Notes: a model not told the origin generated them from the sequence alone. DNA of 64,000 bases from Paraspadella gotoi (GCA_051294375.1 CM119270.1:684956-748955), one strand, 5' to 3'. Shown: positions 1 through 17,434, counted from the stretch's first letter. Made by a program: numbers and translations.

Positions 1-252
1 AATTGTATCTTATACTTTCTTATGTAAGACGGTTTTTGACTCCATGAATCCAAGCAAATCTTGGAGGGAACAGAGAGTCATTAAGATCAAAAACGTGAAG
101 GAAAAAAAAAGGGGAGAAAAGGAAAAATGCTTTAATACCTTAATGCCCTAAATCCGTGAGTATTACAAGGGCATTTCCGTCGAGGGTTGATGAATGGAAA
201 GAAAAAAAAGAAGAAAATTAAGAAAAGTAGATTTGAGGAGGTGTAATTGTTT

Positions 253-253
<1 letters not shown>

Positions 254-299
<46 letters not shown>
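254..299. repeat. (CT)n microsatellite, representative of dozens of AG/CT tracts (e.g. 6126-6210, 7290-7390, 10610-10680, 24733-24847)
   Basis: Direct inspection. Confidence 0.98.
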
Positions 300-517
300 G
301 TATTATCCGTTATTATCTCCCATGTTGACTCTCGGTTATTTGATTGTTAATTTGTTTACACATTTCGTCTGTTTTCATTTTACAGAATATTTTTAGTTGT
401 GATATTAAAGATGTTTATTTATTGTTTATTTATGTTTATTTATTGTTTAATTTTGTTTATTTACTTTTATATATATATTTTATCTATTATAAAATTTGTA
501 CAACCAATATAAGTATA

Positions 518-927
518 NNNNNNNNNNNNNNNNNNNNNNNNNNNNNNNNNNNNNNNNNNNNNNNNNNNNNNNNNNNNNNNNNNNNNNNNNNNNNNNNNNN
601 NNNNNNNNNNNNNNNNNNNNNNNNNNNNNNNNNNNNNNNNNNNNNNNNNNNNNNNNNNNNNNNNNNNNNNNNNNNNNNNNNNNNNNNNNNNNNNNNNNNN
701 NNNNNNNNNNNNNNNNNNNNNNNNNNNNNNNNNNNNNNNNNNNNNNNNNNNNNNNNNNNNNNNNNNNNNNNNNNNNNNNNNNNNNNNNNNNNNNNNNNNN
801 NNNNNNNNNNNNNNNNNNNNNNNNNNNNNNNNNNNNNNNNNNNNNNNNNNNNNNNNNNNNNNNNNNNNNNNNNNNNNNNNNNNNNNNNNNNNNNNNNNNN
901 NNNNNNNNNNNNNNNNNNNNNNNNNNN
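518..927. other. Sized assembly gap (others at 1423-1609, 1767-2087, 11964-12333, 39991-40662, 40938-41132, 60394-61276, 62561-62756)
   Basis: Runs of N, mostly flanked by microsatellites or GC-rich tracts. Confidence 0.99.
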
Positions 928-1199
928 AGAGAGAGAGAGAGAGAGAGTCTCCGTCCGGACATGGAATTGATTTTTTCCGTCATGCTTCTGCCCCTAAGCT
1001 GTATTTCGATTTCCCCCTTTTTTTAATGTCTTTCTTTCTGTCCTTTTTTCTGTTTTTTTTTATTTTCTTTCTGTTTCTTCATCTTTTTTCTTTTTTAATT
1101 CTCTCTTTATTTCTGTTTTTTTATCTTCATTTTTTTTTATTATTATTATTAAACTTCTCCTTTATCCTTAATTTTATTTTCATAAAATTCAAAAAGGCC

Positions 1200-1386
1200 C
1201 ACAACAACAACAACAACAACAACCACAAAGAGGACAACGACAACAACGACGACGACAACAACGACAACGAAAACTGCTTCAGATTAAAATGACAGATTCA
1301 GTTTAAATTCGCGTCTTTTGTTTTTCGGTCGACATTTGAAATCTCGACGGGAGACGAAGATGGTCAGAGACGCCCGCGGGGTTAGG

Positions 1387-1422
<36 letters not shown>
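1200..1422. repeat. (CAA)n/(GAC)n trinucleotide microsatellites
   Basis: caacaac... at 1200-1270; perfect (GAC)n at 1387-1422 running into a gap. Confidence 0.95.
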
Positions 1423-1609
1423 NNNNNNNNNNNNNNNNNNNNNNNNNNNNNNNNNNNNNNNNNNNNNNNNNNNNNNNNNNNNNNNNNNNNNNNNNNNNNN
1501 NNNNNNNNNNNNNNNNNNNNNNNNNNNNNNNNNNNNNNNNNNNNNNNNNNNNNNNNNNNNNNNNNNNNNNNNNNNNNNNNNNNNNNNNNNNNNNNNNNNN
1601 NNNNNNNNN

Positions 1610-1644
<35 letters not shown>

Positions 1645-1726
1645 TCTTTTTCAGATTAACTTCTGCTTAAAGTCATTTGCATCTGACGGGTTAATCACAA
1701 AAAGTCGCGGTTTATTGCACATCTTG

Positions 1727-1766
1727 TCATTCATTCATTCATTCATTCATTCATAAATTCATTCAT
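1727..1766. repeat. (ATTC)n tetranucleotide microsatellite
   Basis: tcattcattcattc..., with a degenerate continuation at 2150-2200. Confidence 0.9.
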
Positions 1767-2200
1767 NNNNNNNNNNNNNNNNNNNNNNNNNNNNNNNNNN
1801 NNNNNNNNNNNNNNNNNNNNNNNNNNNNNNNNNNNNNNNNNNNNNNNNNNNNNNNNNNNNNNNNNNNNNNNNNNNNNNNNNNNNNNNNNNNNNNNNNNNN
1901 NNNNNNNNNNNNNNNNNNNNNNNNNNNNNNNNNNNNNNNNNNNNNNNNNNNNNNNNNNNNNNNNNNNNNNNNNNNNNNNNNNNNNNNNNNNNNNNNNNNN
2001 NNNNNNNNNNNNNNNNNNNNNNNNNNNNNNNNNNNNNNNNNNNNNNNNNNNNNNNNNNNNNNNNNNNNNNNNNNNNNNNNNNNNNNNTCAAGCTCTCGTA
2101 ATTGAGCTGCCAAGTTTAAGTCAGTTTTTTAGGATTGTTCGTCGTTTAATTCATTACATGCATTCACTAATCCATTCATTCCATCATTCCATTCATTTTT

Positions 2201-2225
2201 NNNNNNNNNNNNNNNNNNNNNNNNN
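2201..2225. other. Fixed 25-N placeholder gap (also 11012-11036, 12993-13017, 39624-39648, 51814-51838, 58558-58582)
   Basis: Six gaps each counted at exactly 25 N, each adjacent to duplicated sequence. Confidence 0.97.
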
Positions 2226-2667
2226 CGTGCAACCAATATAAAAATTATTCCATTCATCTAAGAGCAGTTGTCAATAATAAAAAAAGAAAAAGAAAAAGAA
2301 AAAAAGAAAAAAAGGAAAAAGAAAATAAAATAAATGTAAAAGAAAAATAATAAAAGATAAAGAAAAGAAAAGAAAAGAAAAAAAAGAAAAAAGAAAAAAA
2401 AAAAGAAAAAAAAAAGAAAAAGAAACAGAAAAGAAAATAAAGAAAAAGAAAAGTAAAAGAAAATAATAAAAGAAAAAGAAAAAGAAAAAAAAAAAAAGAA
2501 AAAGAAAAGAAAAATGAAAGGAGAAGAAATGTTAAAGAAAATAAAGAAAACAAAAAGAAAAATAAATAATTTTTTTCTGTCTTCCTAGAAAATGTAGTAC
2601 GTGGGAGGCAAAGACTAGTGTTGTTTACTGTAACAAAGTTGACGACGACGACGACGACGACGACGAC

Positions 2668-4290
2668 GAAGAGAGAAAATCAAGTTTGATGTCATAACTA
2701 ATATGATTTTTTTTCCCCTTTAACGATCTCGTCATTCGAACCATTATAATGACTCAAACGCGCCTCAGCCGCCACTCTCCGCTCGCCGCCGCCGCCCTGC
2801 CGCCGCCGCCGCCGTCCGCCGCCACAGACGACGATTATGATGACGGAGTCAAAATTGCATTTTTTTCCCCTGCGAGATGGACGCAACGACGACGACGACG
2901 ACGACGACGACAACAATTGCAATGATAAACCATCTACCATTGGTGTCTCCTTCTCTCTCTCCCCCCCCCAGAGTCAACTCAACTCAAAATCTCCCGCCAT
3001 TTTCTCCCCCTTTCCTTTTAGCATTTGGCTTTGCACCGTAACGACTTATGTAATCAAATCGCGCATGACGACGATAACGACGAACAACGACGAACAACGA
3101 CGAACGACGAACGCGACGAAGAAGAAGAAAATCATAAGTTGATGTCATAACTAATTTGATTTTTTTCCCCTTTAACGATTCTCGTCATTCGAACATTATA
3201 ATGACTTCAAACGCCGCCTCATCGCCCGCTCTCTTCCGCCGCCGCCCCGCGCCGCCGCTGCCGCCGGCCCCGCGCCTCCGCCGCCACAGACGACCGATTA
3301 TGATGACGGAGTCAAATTGCGATTTTTCCCCCTGCGAGATGGACGCAACGACCGGACGACGACGACGACCGACGACACAACAATTGCAATGATAAAACCA
3401 TATTACCATTGGTGTTCTCCTTTCTCTCTCTCCCCCCCCCAGAGTCAACTCAACTCAAAATCTCCCGCCATTTTCTCCCCTTTCCTTTTAGCATTTGGCT
3501 TGCACCGTAACGACTTATGTAATCAAATCGCGATGACACGATGACGAGAACAACGACGAAACAACGACGACGACGACGACGACGAAGAAGAAGGAAAATC
3601 ATGTTGATTGTCATAACTAATAATGATTTTTTTCCCCTTTAACGATCTCGTCATTCGAACCATATAATGACTCAAACGCGCCTCAGTCCGCCGTCTCTTC
3701 CGCCGCCGCCGCCGCCGCCTGGCGCGCGCCGCCTCCGGCCGCACACAGACGACGATTATGATGAGCGGAGTCAAAAATTGCATTTTTTCCCCCTGCGAGA
3801 TGGACGCAACGACGACGACGACGACGACGACGACGACAACAATTGCAAGATAAAACCATCTACCATTTGGTGTCTCCTTCTCTCTCTCCCCCCCCCAGAA
3901 GTCAACTCAACTCAAATCTCCCGCCATTTCTCCCCCCTTTGTCCTTTTCATTTGCTTGCACCGCGTACGACTTATGTAATCAAATCCGATGGCGCGATGA
4001 GAAACACAAAGGAGCGCGACGCCGACGACGATCGAGCGGACGCCGACGCACGAACGCTGAACGACACGAACGACGAGACGACACGACGAGACGCTTGAAC
4101 CGACGAACGACGACGACGACGAGACGACGACGACGCACGATAACCGACGAGACGACACGACTTCAGAAACCACAGACGAAGACGATTGAGACGACGAACC
4201 CAACACGACACGACGAACAACGACGAACAACGACGACCACGACGACAACGACGAACGGAACGGACGAGACGAACGACGAAGACGACGGCC
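2668..4290. repeat. Tandem array of three ~460-bp units with embedded (GCC)n and (GAC)n tracts
   Basis: Unit start gaaaatca..gttgatgtcataactaat at ~2675, ~3127 and ~3595; shared blocks tttttccccctgcgagatggacgcaacgac and gtcaactcaactcaaa; the third unit ends in an expanded GAC/GAAC tract. Confidence 0.92.
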
Positions 4291-4719
4291 AACGAAGGGG
4301 AAAAAAATATCTTCTCGACCGCATTTAAATCTAATTTGCATATTAAAAAAGACAAAAAAAATTAGAAGGGGAGAAATCGATTTCTGCAGGTCGAGAGGGG
4401 GGTGCGGATGTTGCGAGGGATGGGGAATGGGGGGAATTGGGGGTGGGGAATTTGGGGCGAATTGGGGAAGAATTGGGCGGAAATATGGTGGGGAATTTGG
4501 GGAATTTGGGGGGAATTTTGGCGGGGATCTCTCTCTTTTGTACCAATTTCATAAAATTCAGCTTCTTGTATTTTGATTCTATTGCGTAGTACAATATAGT
4601 ATTCCTCGATCTAATATTTAAGGGTGTGGTCTTTTCATACAATTGAAATATTCTTTGAAATATTATACCACTTCATTGAAAGGGAAGCCAGGTACTCTGG
4701 GAGTGAATAAACGGGACTG

Positions 4720-4880
4720 TGAGAGAGTCTTGATTGAAAGCTTGCAGGGACCTGCTATGTCATTATCTTGTAAGAGTGATGGAGGCCTTAAACCACCAAA
4801 GCCTGTCCAAAGTCAGGGGCAAGATAGCTTGTTTATTAAATGAATGGTTAATTTCTATATTGGTTGTACCAATTTCATAT
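4720..4880. mobile_element. Dispersed short repeat family R1 (SINE/MITE-like, structured core)
   Basis: Core gatggaggcct..aaccacc..agcctgtccaaagtcaggggcaag recurs at 25183-25280; upstream part at 25711-25795; reverse-oriented deleted copy at 23296-23400; end fragments at 490-517 and across 17205-17250. Confidence 0.7.
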
Positions 4881-6122
4881 AGTAGCAACGACCTCCGAAA
4901 TGACATTAGCTATGAGAGAAGTAATGAAATAAGAAACGACACCAATAACCTCGACCAACTTCGCCAATGACGTCAACAACCAAGACCATCTGCCCAGTTG
5001 GCCTTGCAGAATTTCTTGCTGGCAGGAGGTCAACCAATAAACCGGCGAAATGACAAATGAGAGAATCACTTCTTTTTTTTAAATTATCACTTTTTCTTTT
5101 CTGTTACTCTCTATCGCTTCTCTATCACCTCCCTATCACTTCTCTATCACCTCCCTATCACTTCTCTGCCACCTATCTATCACCTCTCTGCCACCTGTCT
5201 ATCACCTCTTTTTCCATTTATCTATCCTTCACCCTCATAGAATATGTGTCGTGTCGTAAGAGCAGACAATCTCTCTCTATCTAATTTTTTTTTTTTTACA
5301 TATTTTTTTTCTCTTTTTGTATTTCTTTTTATTTCTTTCCCTCTTCTTATCTTTTCTTTTTTTTTAAACTTCTCAGATTTCAAATCCTCAACTTTTCCCA
5401 CGTATCCTCTTTCAAATATTTGATTCTTATCTTTTCTTTCGCTCTCTCTATCTCGTTCTCTCTCTCTCTTTCTGCCTCTTTCTCTCTTTCCCTTTCTTTT
5501 TTTTTTTGCTCTATTCATCTCAAAATTTAATTCTCTTTTTCTTCTTTTTTCTTTTCTTTTCTACTTTCCTTCTTTTTTCTTTTCTATTTATTTTTCTTTT
5601 CTTTTTTACTTTCCTCCTTTTATTTCTTCCTCTTTTTTTTCTTTTTCTTCTTCTTTTTTATTTTCTTTTCTACTTTCCTCCATTTTTTTCTTCCTCAATT
5701 ATGTTTTTATTTTTCCTTTCCTCCTCATCTTCTTCCTCTTCTTCTTTTATTTCTTCTTCTTTTCTCCTTTATTTTCCTTCTTTTCTCCTTCTCGTCTTCT
5801 TCTTTTATTTCTTCTTCTTTTCTCCTTTATTTTCCTTCTTTTCTCCTTCTCGTCTTCTTCTTTTATTTCTTCTTCTTTTTTCCTTTATTTTCCTTATTTT
5901 CTCCTCGTCTTCTTCTTTTATTTCTTCTTCTTTTCTCCTTTATTTTCCTTCTTTTCTCCTTCTCGTCTTCTTCTCTCCTTTTATCGATTGACTCTCGATT
6001 TTTTTTTTCCTAATAATTTTTTTCACTTTGTTATTGTCTTTTTTTCATCTGTCATTTCCTTTCCTTGTTATCTTTTCTTGTTTTAAATTAATCTTTCCTT
6101 TTGTTTCTTTTAATGAAATTAA

Positions 6123-6214
<92 letters not shown>

Positions 6215-7287
6215 CTCCCTTCTCTCTCTTTCCTTCTTACTCTCCTACCTCTTCCTGTCTTTTTCTCTCTCCTCCTCACTGTCCCTCTCCTCTTTCTCTC
6301 TCTCTCCCTCTCCCTCCCGCTCTCTCTCTCCCTCTCTCTTTCTCTCACTCTCTCTCTCGTCACGAATAGGAAAAAAACTCACAATTTTTTTTATATCGAC
6401 TTTTACTTTGGATTAATTGACACCATTTTTTTATATTCTTTGAAGCGAAAATTTTGTATTGGTTTCTGTTGTTGTTTTTTGTTTTTTGTTCATTGTTTCA
6501 AAATCTAAAAACTTTGAGAAAAATTAGTTTTATTACACTTAGAAAAAAAAATTGACCGAGTTCAATCGGAAAATAATGTATTAGAAACAAGGTCGTCTGC
6601 TAATTATTATTCTAGACTTTTTTTTTAGTTCTTTCTCTTCTTTTTCCTCTCATTCCTTTCTTTTCGAATCCATTCGTTTCTATTTTCTCCTTACTTTCTT
6701 CCTTCTTTGTTTTCTTCCCTTTTTCTTTCCTTTCCTCCTTTTCTTTCCTTTTTCTTCTTTCTTTCCTTTTTCTTCTTTCCATTTCTTTTCCCCTTTTTTC
6801 ATTTCTTCCTTTTCTTTCCTTTCCTTCTTTCTTTCCTTTCTTCCTTTTTTCCCTTTCCTCCTTTTCTTTCCTTTTCTCTTTTTTTTCCTTTCCTCCTTTT
6901 CTTTCCTTTCTTTCTTCCTTTCTTCCTTTTCTTTTCTTTCCTCCTTTTTTCCTTTTCTACCTTTTCTCTCCTTTCCTCTTTATTTCCTTTCCTCATTTTT
7001 TTCTCCTTTTCTTTCCTTTCCTCCTTTTCTTTCCTTTCCTCCTTTTCTTCTTCCTCCCTTGACGTCAAATCGCCTCTTAATGGAGTTAAAGTTCAGAAGG
7101 TGACGAGTTTTTGTGTCGGCGAAAAAAAAGGGAAAAAAGGAAAAAAAAGGAAAGTGGTTTTTTTAAAAAAAAAGGGACAAGGACGGAGAAAGGTTCATGG
7201 AGAAGACAGTCGGAGAGAGAGAGGAGAGAGAGAAGAGAGAGAGAGAGAGAGAAGAGGGACAGAGAAGAGAAGAAGAGAGAGATAGAG

Positions 7288-7390
<103 letters not shown>

Positions 7391-8219
7391 CCAAAAAAAG
7401 ATCGCGGTCAAAGGACGTTTTCTCGCCCTTTTGATCTTCGCGTACGCAATCACCCCGGCGGACTGTCCGCCACCGCCGCCCGTCGCCGCCGCCCGCCGCC
7501 CGTCGCCGCCGCTGCCGCAGCCGCTTCCGCCGTCGGGCTTTTGCTTGCTTTCTGATGAAGCACACTTCGTTCGAGGAGAGAGAAGAGAGTAAAACGAAGG
7601 AAGGACGGATTCACGGGAAACGGACAGATGTATTGAAGATGTACGGATTATAGTCCATAAACAAAAGGATCAATCACATTATTTAAGTTATTTTGATATA
7701 AGTATAAATAGAAAGTCCTTGATTGTTGAGACATACAACCGACTTTCAAACACAGGGGCAAACAAATCGTGTGACAGATGTATACGGACACATTTCGACA
7801 GACTGACAAACTGACAGTTATAGGTTGACGACGTTGAAACAACATAACTGACGACATTGACAACGACGATGACAACGACGATGAAGATGACATCCATGAA
7901 ATGACAGCCGACGATGACGACGACACTTACGTATGTGATGGTTTTTTTGATGGAATCTGATTTCGACTAACATGGAAATTCCAGGTTGGCGAGGTACGAC
8001 ATGACGACGACGACGGACGACGACGATGACGACGACAATGATGATGATGACGACCGATTACGCGAGGGAATCTGCCTTCCGCCTTGGACGACACAGAGGT
8101 GAATTGGATCCCCAAACCGTCTCTCTCTCTCTTCTATCTTCTCCCTCTCTCCCCCTCTCTCTCTCCTCTCTCTCTCTCCTCTCTCTCTCTTTTCTTCTCT
8201 CTCTCTTTCTCTTCTCTCT

Positions 8220-8264
<45 letters not shown>

Positions 8265-8373
8265 CCCCATTTCCGAGCTTCTGCCATAAAAGTCGTAATC
8301 TAATGCAAATGGGTTCCTTTAGGCTGGTTTTTTTCCTTAGAGCTGCCACCGAACTTTATAACACATATTTTCC

Positions 8374-8501
<128 letters not shown>

Positions 8502-8578
8502 AGAGAGTGACAGGGAATAGAGAGAGAGAAAAGAGAGAGACAGGGGACAGAGAGAGACAGGGACAGAGAGAGACATGT

Positions 8579-8654
<76 letters not shown>

Positions 8655-9230
8655 AGACAGAGAGAGACAGGAGAGCTTGGAAACGAGAGAAAAACTGACA
8701 ACGAAAGCTAAAAACGTAATTTGAATTTTTTTTTTGTTGTTGTTTAATTCAAAAGGATTAGGCTTCTCACAGACGTACAGATTCGTGACAGACGGACGTA
8801 AGGACAGAGGGAAATGCGAAAACTGAATTCATAAAAATAAAAATTTGTTTACGAATGAGAAAATTAGACGCGGAATATATAACAGACTCCAGTGAAGAGA
8901 TATCTGAGACTTTTTCAGTTGCGACTCGAGTCCGGTCGTCGCTTTATGTCTGTCGTCAGTCAGTTTGTTGGTAGTCGTCTGTCTGTCTCAGTTAAAAATG
9001 TTCATAACTCAATTTAGTTATTTTATGCATATGTGAAGTCACTATGTAACTTAAAAAGCAATCATAAGACTCAAAATTAAATGTTGATTAAATTTGGTTT
9101 CTCTCTTTGCTAAAAGGAAAAGAATTTCAAATCTAGCGACTGCGACGACCACGTTTGGTTTCCCTAAAAATTCATATAAAGGATAAAAGGGGTTTTATGT
9201 ATATCAAATTCTAATTATCCCCTAATGTGT

Positions 9231-9335
9231 GTCTGCGGATAAGGCGATAGGTGTGATTGAACCCGGTAATCAGTGGTCATGAGCTGATGGCTTTACTCAA
9301 TGAGCCACCGGATCACGACTTATGAAATGCCCGAC
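9231..9335 (-). mobile_element. Internally deleted tRNA-derived SINE-like element (family S1); artefactual duplicates at ~20262-20368 and ~39455-39570
   Basis: Minus strand reads gtcgggcatt...gatccggTGGCTCATTGAGtaaagccatcagctCATgaccactgattaccGGGTTCAATC...gccttatccgc: A-box-like, anticodon-arm-like (CAT) and B-box-like motifs; homologous to 47481-47756. Confidence 0.65.
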
Positions 9336-9914
9336 ACATGTCATGATAAGTTAAGCAGAATTTTAAGCTCAGAGCAAACAGATAGACAGATAGGTTGGCG
9401 TAAGACAGACTGACAGAAACACTGCAATATATATTGTCTAAATAAACTGTAAACAAAAAAAATTACCTCCGCAAAATCTTAACTGGGAAATAATGTCACA
9501 GCACAGGATAAAATGTAGCAGGGACAAAAAAACCTTAGAAGCTTTTGTTGTTGTTTTTCGTTATTTTTTCGTCGTCGTTCGTCGTCTTTGTTTCGTCCGT
9601 CTTTGTCGTGTCGTCGTCTTTTTCGTCGTTCGTTGTCGTTCGTCGTCTTTGCCGTCGTCGTCGTCGTCTTTGTCGTCGTCGTCGTCTTTGTCGTCGTCGT
9701 CATCGTCGCATTCTTTTCCGTCTCTGAGTGAATTTCTTAGTCGACTTAAAAGCTTCCGACTTCTTTCCTTTAGTCCAACTCTTTTTTTTCTTTCATTTTT
9801 CTCTCTTTTTTCTTTTTTTTTCTTTTTCTTTCTTTCTTTTTCGTATTTTTTTTCTTTTTATTTTTCTTTTCTTTTGACTTGTTTTTCCATTTTTTCCATT
9901 ATTTTTCCCCTTTT

Positions 9915-10230
9915 AATTTTTATCAGCAGATCCCGACTCTATAATCCACTTTGTCGGTCCGTCGGTCCGCCCCCTCATGTTTCCCTTTTGTTCCCCTCTT
10001 TGTTCCCCTCTATGTTTTCCGATTTGTTCCCCTCTTTGTTCTCCTCTATGTTCCCCTTTCTGTTCCCTTTTGTTTGCCTTTTTGTTCCCCTCTATGTTTC
10101 CCTTTTTGTTCCCATCTGGTTCCCCTATAAGTCCTCTTTTGTTCCCCTCTATGTTCCCCTCTATGTTCCCTTTTGTTCCCCTCTTGTTCCTCTATATGTT
10201 CCCCTCTTTTTTTCCCCACTATGTTCCCTT
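9915..10230 (+). mobile_element. HINE-like element end followed by a 12-bp tgttcccctcta/tgttcccctttt minisatellite
   Basis: The 24-mer tatcagcagatcccgactctataa (9921-9944) is identical to 44888-44911 and is followed by gtcggtccgtcggtccg; 12-bp degenerate tandem at 9975-10230. Confidence 0.6.
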
Positions 10231-10338
10231 TTTCTCATCCTTATCATCTTTTTATTCTTTCTCTCTTCCTCTCTCTCCTTTTTTTCCCTTCAACTTCTAG
10301 TCTTTCCTCTCTTGACTTTATCGTCATTGCGGTTATTT

Positions 10339-10369
<31 letters not shown>

Positions 10370-10607
10370 TCCCTTGGCATTTTATCCGATATCTTGAGTC
10401 GTCGTCTGTTTTTCATAAGTCAAACTTGAAATCGGCAAAGGTACGTTACGATTCCCTCTGTCGTCGTTGTGTTATTAATGTCGTTGTCGTTGTCGTTGTT
10501 ATTATCGTTGTTGTCTTGCATCGCGCGTCGTCGCCATGACAACGAGCGTCGAGGGAAATAAACAAATGAACACCACAGAAAATGGTTAAGGCGCCAGTGA
10601 AAAGGAA

Positions 10608-10688
<81 letters not shown>

Positions 10689-11036
10689 GAGAGAATAAGA
10701 GGAGAGAGAGCGAGAGAGAGACGCGCAAGGTCAAAAAGGAAAGAGAAAATCTTTCTCTTTTAGTTCAAAACATTTTCTTCTTCTTTATCGAGCCATGACC
10801 GGCGAAACCGGTTCAGGCTCGAATTGATTCGGCGTCAGCTTCTTTGTGACGTCGTCGTCGTCGTCGTCGGCGTCACGCTTTTTTGTATAAAAACTACTAC
10901 CCTTTTATAGTTTTGGCTGGACTTCCGTTTTTTTTTAAATAAAATTATATAATTACGATGAAAGTTTATAAAAGTGTGCGATCATAGTAACGTTAAAATT
11001 TAGATATGGCTNNNNNNNNNNNNNNNNNNNNNNNNN

Positions 11037-12992
11037 GTCTTTTTCTCTCTCCCTCCTCACTGTCTCTCCCTCTTTCTCTCTCTCTCCCTCTCCCTCCCGC
11101 TCTCTCTCTCCCTCTCTCTTTCTCTCACTCTCTCTCTCGTCACGAATAGGAAAAAAACTCACCATTTTTTTATATCGACTTTTTACTTTGGATTAAATTG
11201 ACACCATTTTTTTTTATTCTTTGAAGCGAAAATTTTGTATTTGTTTTCTGTTGTTGTTTTTTGTTTTTGTTCATTGTTTCAAAATCTAAAACTTTTGAGA
11301 AAAATTAGTTTTATTACACTTTAGAAAAAAAATTGACCGAGTTCAATCGAAAATAAATGTATAGAAAACAAGGTCGTCTGCTAATTATTATTCTAGACTT
11401 TTTTTTAGTTCTTTCTCTTCTTTTTCCTCTCATTCCTTTCTTTTCGAATCCATTCGTTTCTATTTTCTCCCTTACTTTCTTCCTTTCTTTGTTTTCCTCT
11501 TTTTCTTTCCTTTCCTCCTTTTCTTTCCTTTTTCTTCTTTTCTTTCCTTTTTCTTCTTTCCATTTCTTTTCCCCCTTTTTTTCATTTCTTCCTTTTCTTT
11601 CCTTTCCTTCTTTTCTTTCCTTTCTTCCTTTTTTTCCCTTTCCTCCTTTTCTTTCCTTTTCTTCTTTTTTTCCTTTCCTCCTTTTCTTTCCTTTCTTTCT
11701 TTCCTTTCTTCCTTTTCTTTTCTTTCCTCCTTTTCTTTCCTTTTCTACCTTTTCTCTCCTTTCCTCCTTTTATTTCCTTTCCTCATTTTATTTCTTCCTT
11801 TTCTTTCCTTTCCTCCTTTTCTTTCCTTTCCTCCTTTTCTTCTCCCTTGACGTCAAATCGCCTCTTAATGGAGTTAAAGTTCAGAAGGTGACGAGTTTTT
11901 TGTGTCGGCGAAAAAAAAGGGAAAAAAGGAAAAAAAGGAAAGTGGTTTTTTTAAAAAAAAAGGNNNNNNNNNNNNNNNNNNNNNNNNNNNNNNNNNNNNN
12001 NNNNNNNNNNNNNNNNNNNNNNNNNNNNNNNNNNNNNNNNNNNNNNNNNNNNNNNNNNNNNNNNNNNNNNNNNNNNNNNNNNNNNNNNNNNNNNNNNNNN
12101 NNNNNNNNNNNNNNNNNNNNNNNNNNNNNNNNNNNNNNNNNNNNNNNNNNNNNNNNNNNNNNNNNNNNNNNNNNNNNNNNNNNNNNNNNNNNNNNNNNNN
12201 NNNNNNNNNNNNNNNNNNNNNNNNNNNNNNNNNNNNNNNNNNNNNNNNNNNNNNNNNNNNNNNNNNNNNNNNNNNNNNNNNNNNNNNNNNNNNNNNNNNN
12301 NNNNNNNNNNNNNNNNNNNNNNNNNNNNNNNNNCGCCGCCCGTCGCCGCCGCCCGCCGCCCGTCGCCGCCGCTGCCGCAGCCGCTTCCGCCGTCGGGCTT
12401 TTGCTTGCTTTCTGATGAAGCACACTTCGTTCGAGGAGAGAGAAGAGAGTAAAACGAAGGAAGGACGGATTCACGGAGAAACGGACAGATGTATTGAAAG
12501 ATGTACGGATTATAAGTCGATAAACAAAAAGGAATCAATCACATTATTTAAGTTATTTTGATATAAGTATAAATAGAAAGTCCTTGATTGTTGAGACATA
12601 CAACCGACTTTCAAACACAGGGGCAAACAAATCGTGTGACAGATGTATACGGACACATCGACAGACTGACAAACTGACAGTTATAGGTTGACGACGTTGA
12701 ACAACATAACTGACGACATTGACAACGACGATGACAACGACGATGAAGATGACATCCATGAAATGACAGCGACGATGACGACGACACTTACGTATGTGAT
12801 GGTTTTTTGATGGAATCTGATTTCGACTAAACATGGAAATTCCAGGTTGGCGAGGTACGACCATGACGACGACGACGACGACGACGATGACGACGACAAT
12901 GATGATGATGACGACGATTACGCGAGGGAATCTGCCTTCGCCTTGGACGACACAGAGGTGAATGGAGTCCCCAAACCGTCTCTCTCTCTCTC
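11037..12992 (+). repeat. Third, direct copy of 6257-8130 lying between two 25-N gaps
   Basis: cacgaataggaaaaaaactcac, tgacgtcaaatcgcctcttaatggag and ccaaaccgtctctc are shared with 6360, 7060 and 8112. Confidence 0.95.
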
Positions 12993-13017
12993 NNNNNNNN
13001 NNNNNNNNNNNNNNNNN

Positions 13018-17218
<4,201 letters not shown>

Positions 17219-17396
17219 CGTGCAACCAATTATAAAAATTATTCCATTCATCTAAGAGCAAAGTTGTCAATAATTAAAAAAAGAAAAAGAAAAAGAAAAA
17301 AAAGGAAAAAAAGGAAAAAGAAAATAAAATAAATGTAAAAGAAAAAATAATTAAAAGATAAAGAAAAAGAAAAGAAAAAGAAAAAAAAGAAAAAAG

Positions 17397-17434
<38 letters not shown>

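Noticed and set aside
7552-7600. Hammerhead ribozyme core CTGATGA (also 12412, 46027, and minus strand ~53106)
   Set aside because: No correctly placed stem II-GAAA-stem III
9250-9315. Functional tRNA-Met gene
   Set aside because: Acceptor and T stems do not close and the anticodon loop is irregular; it is part of a dispersed repeat
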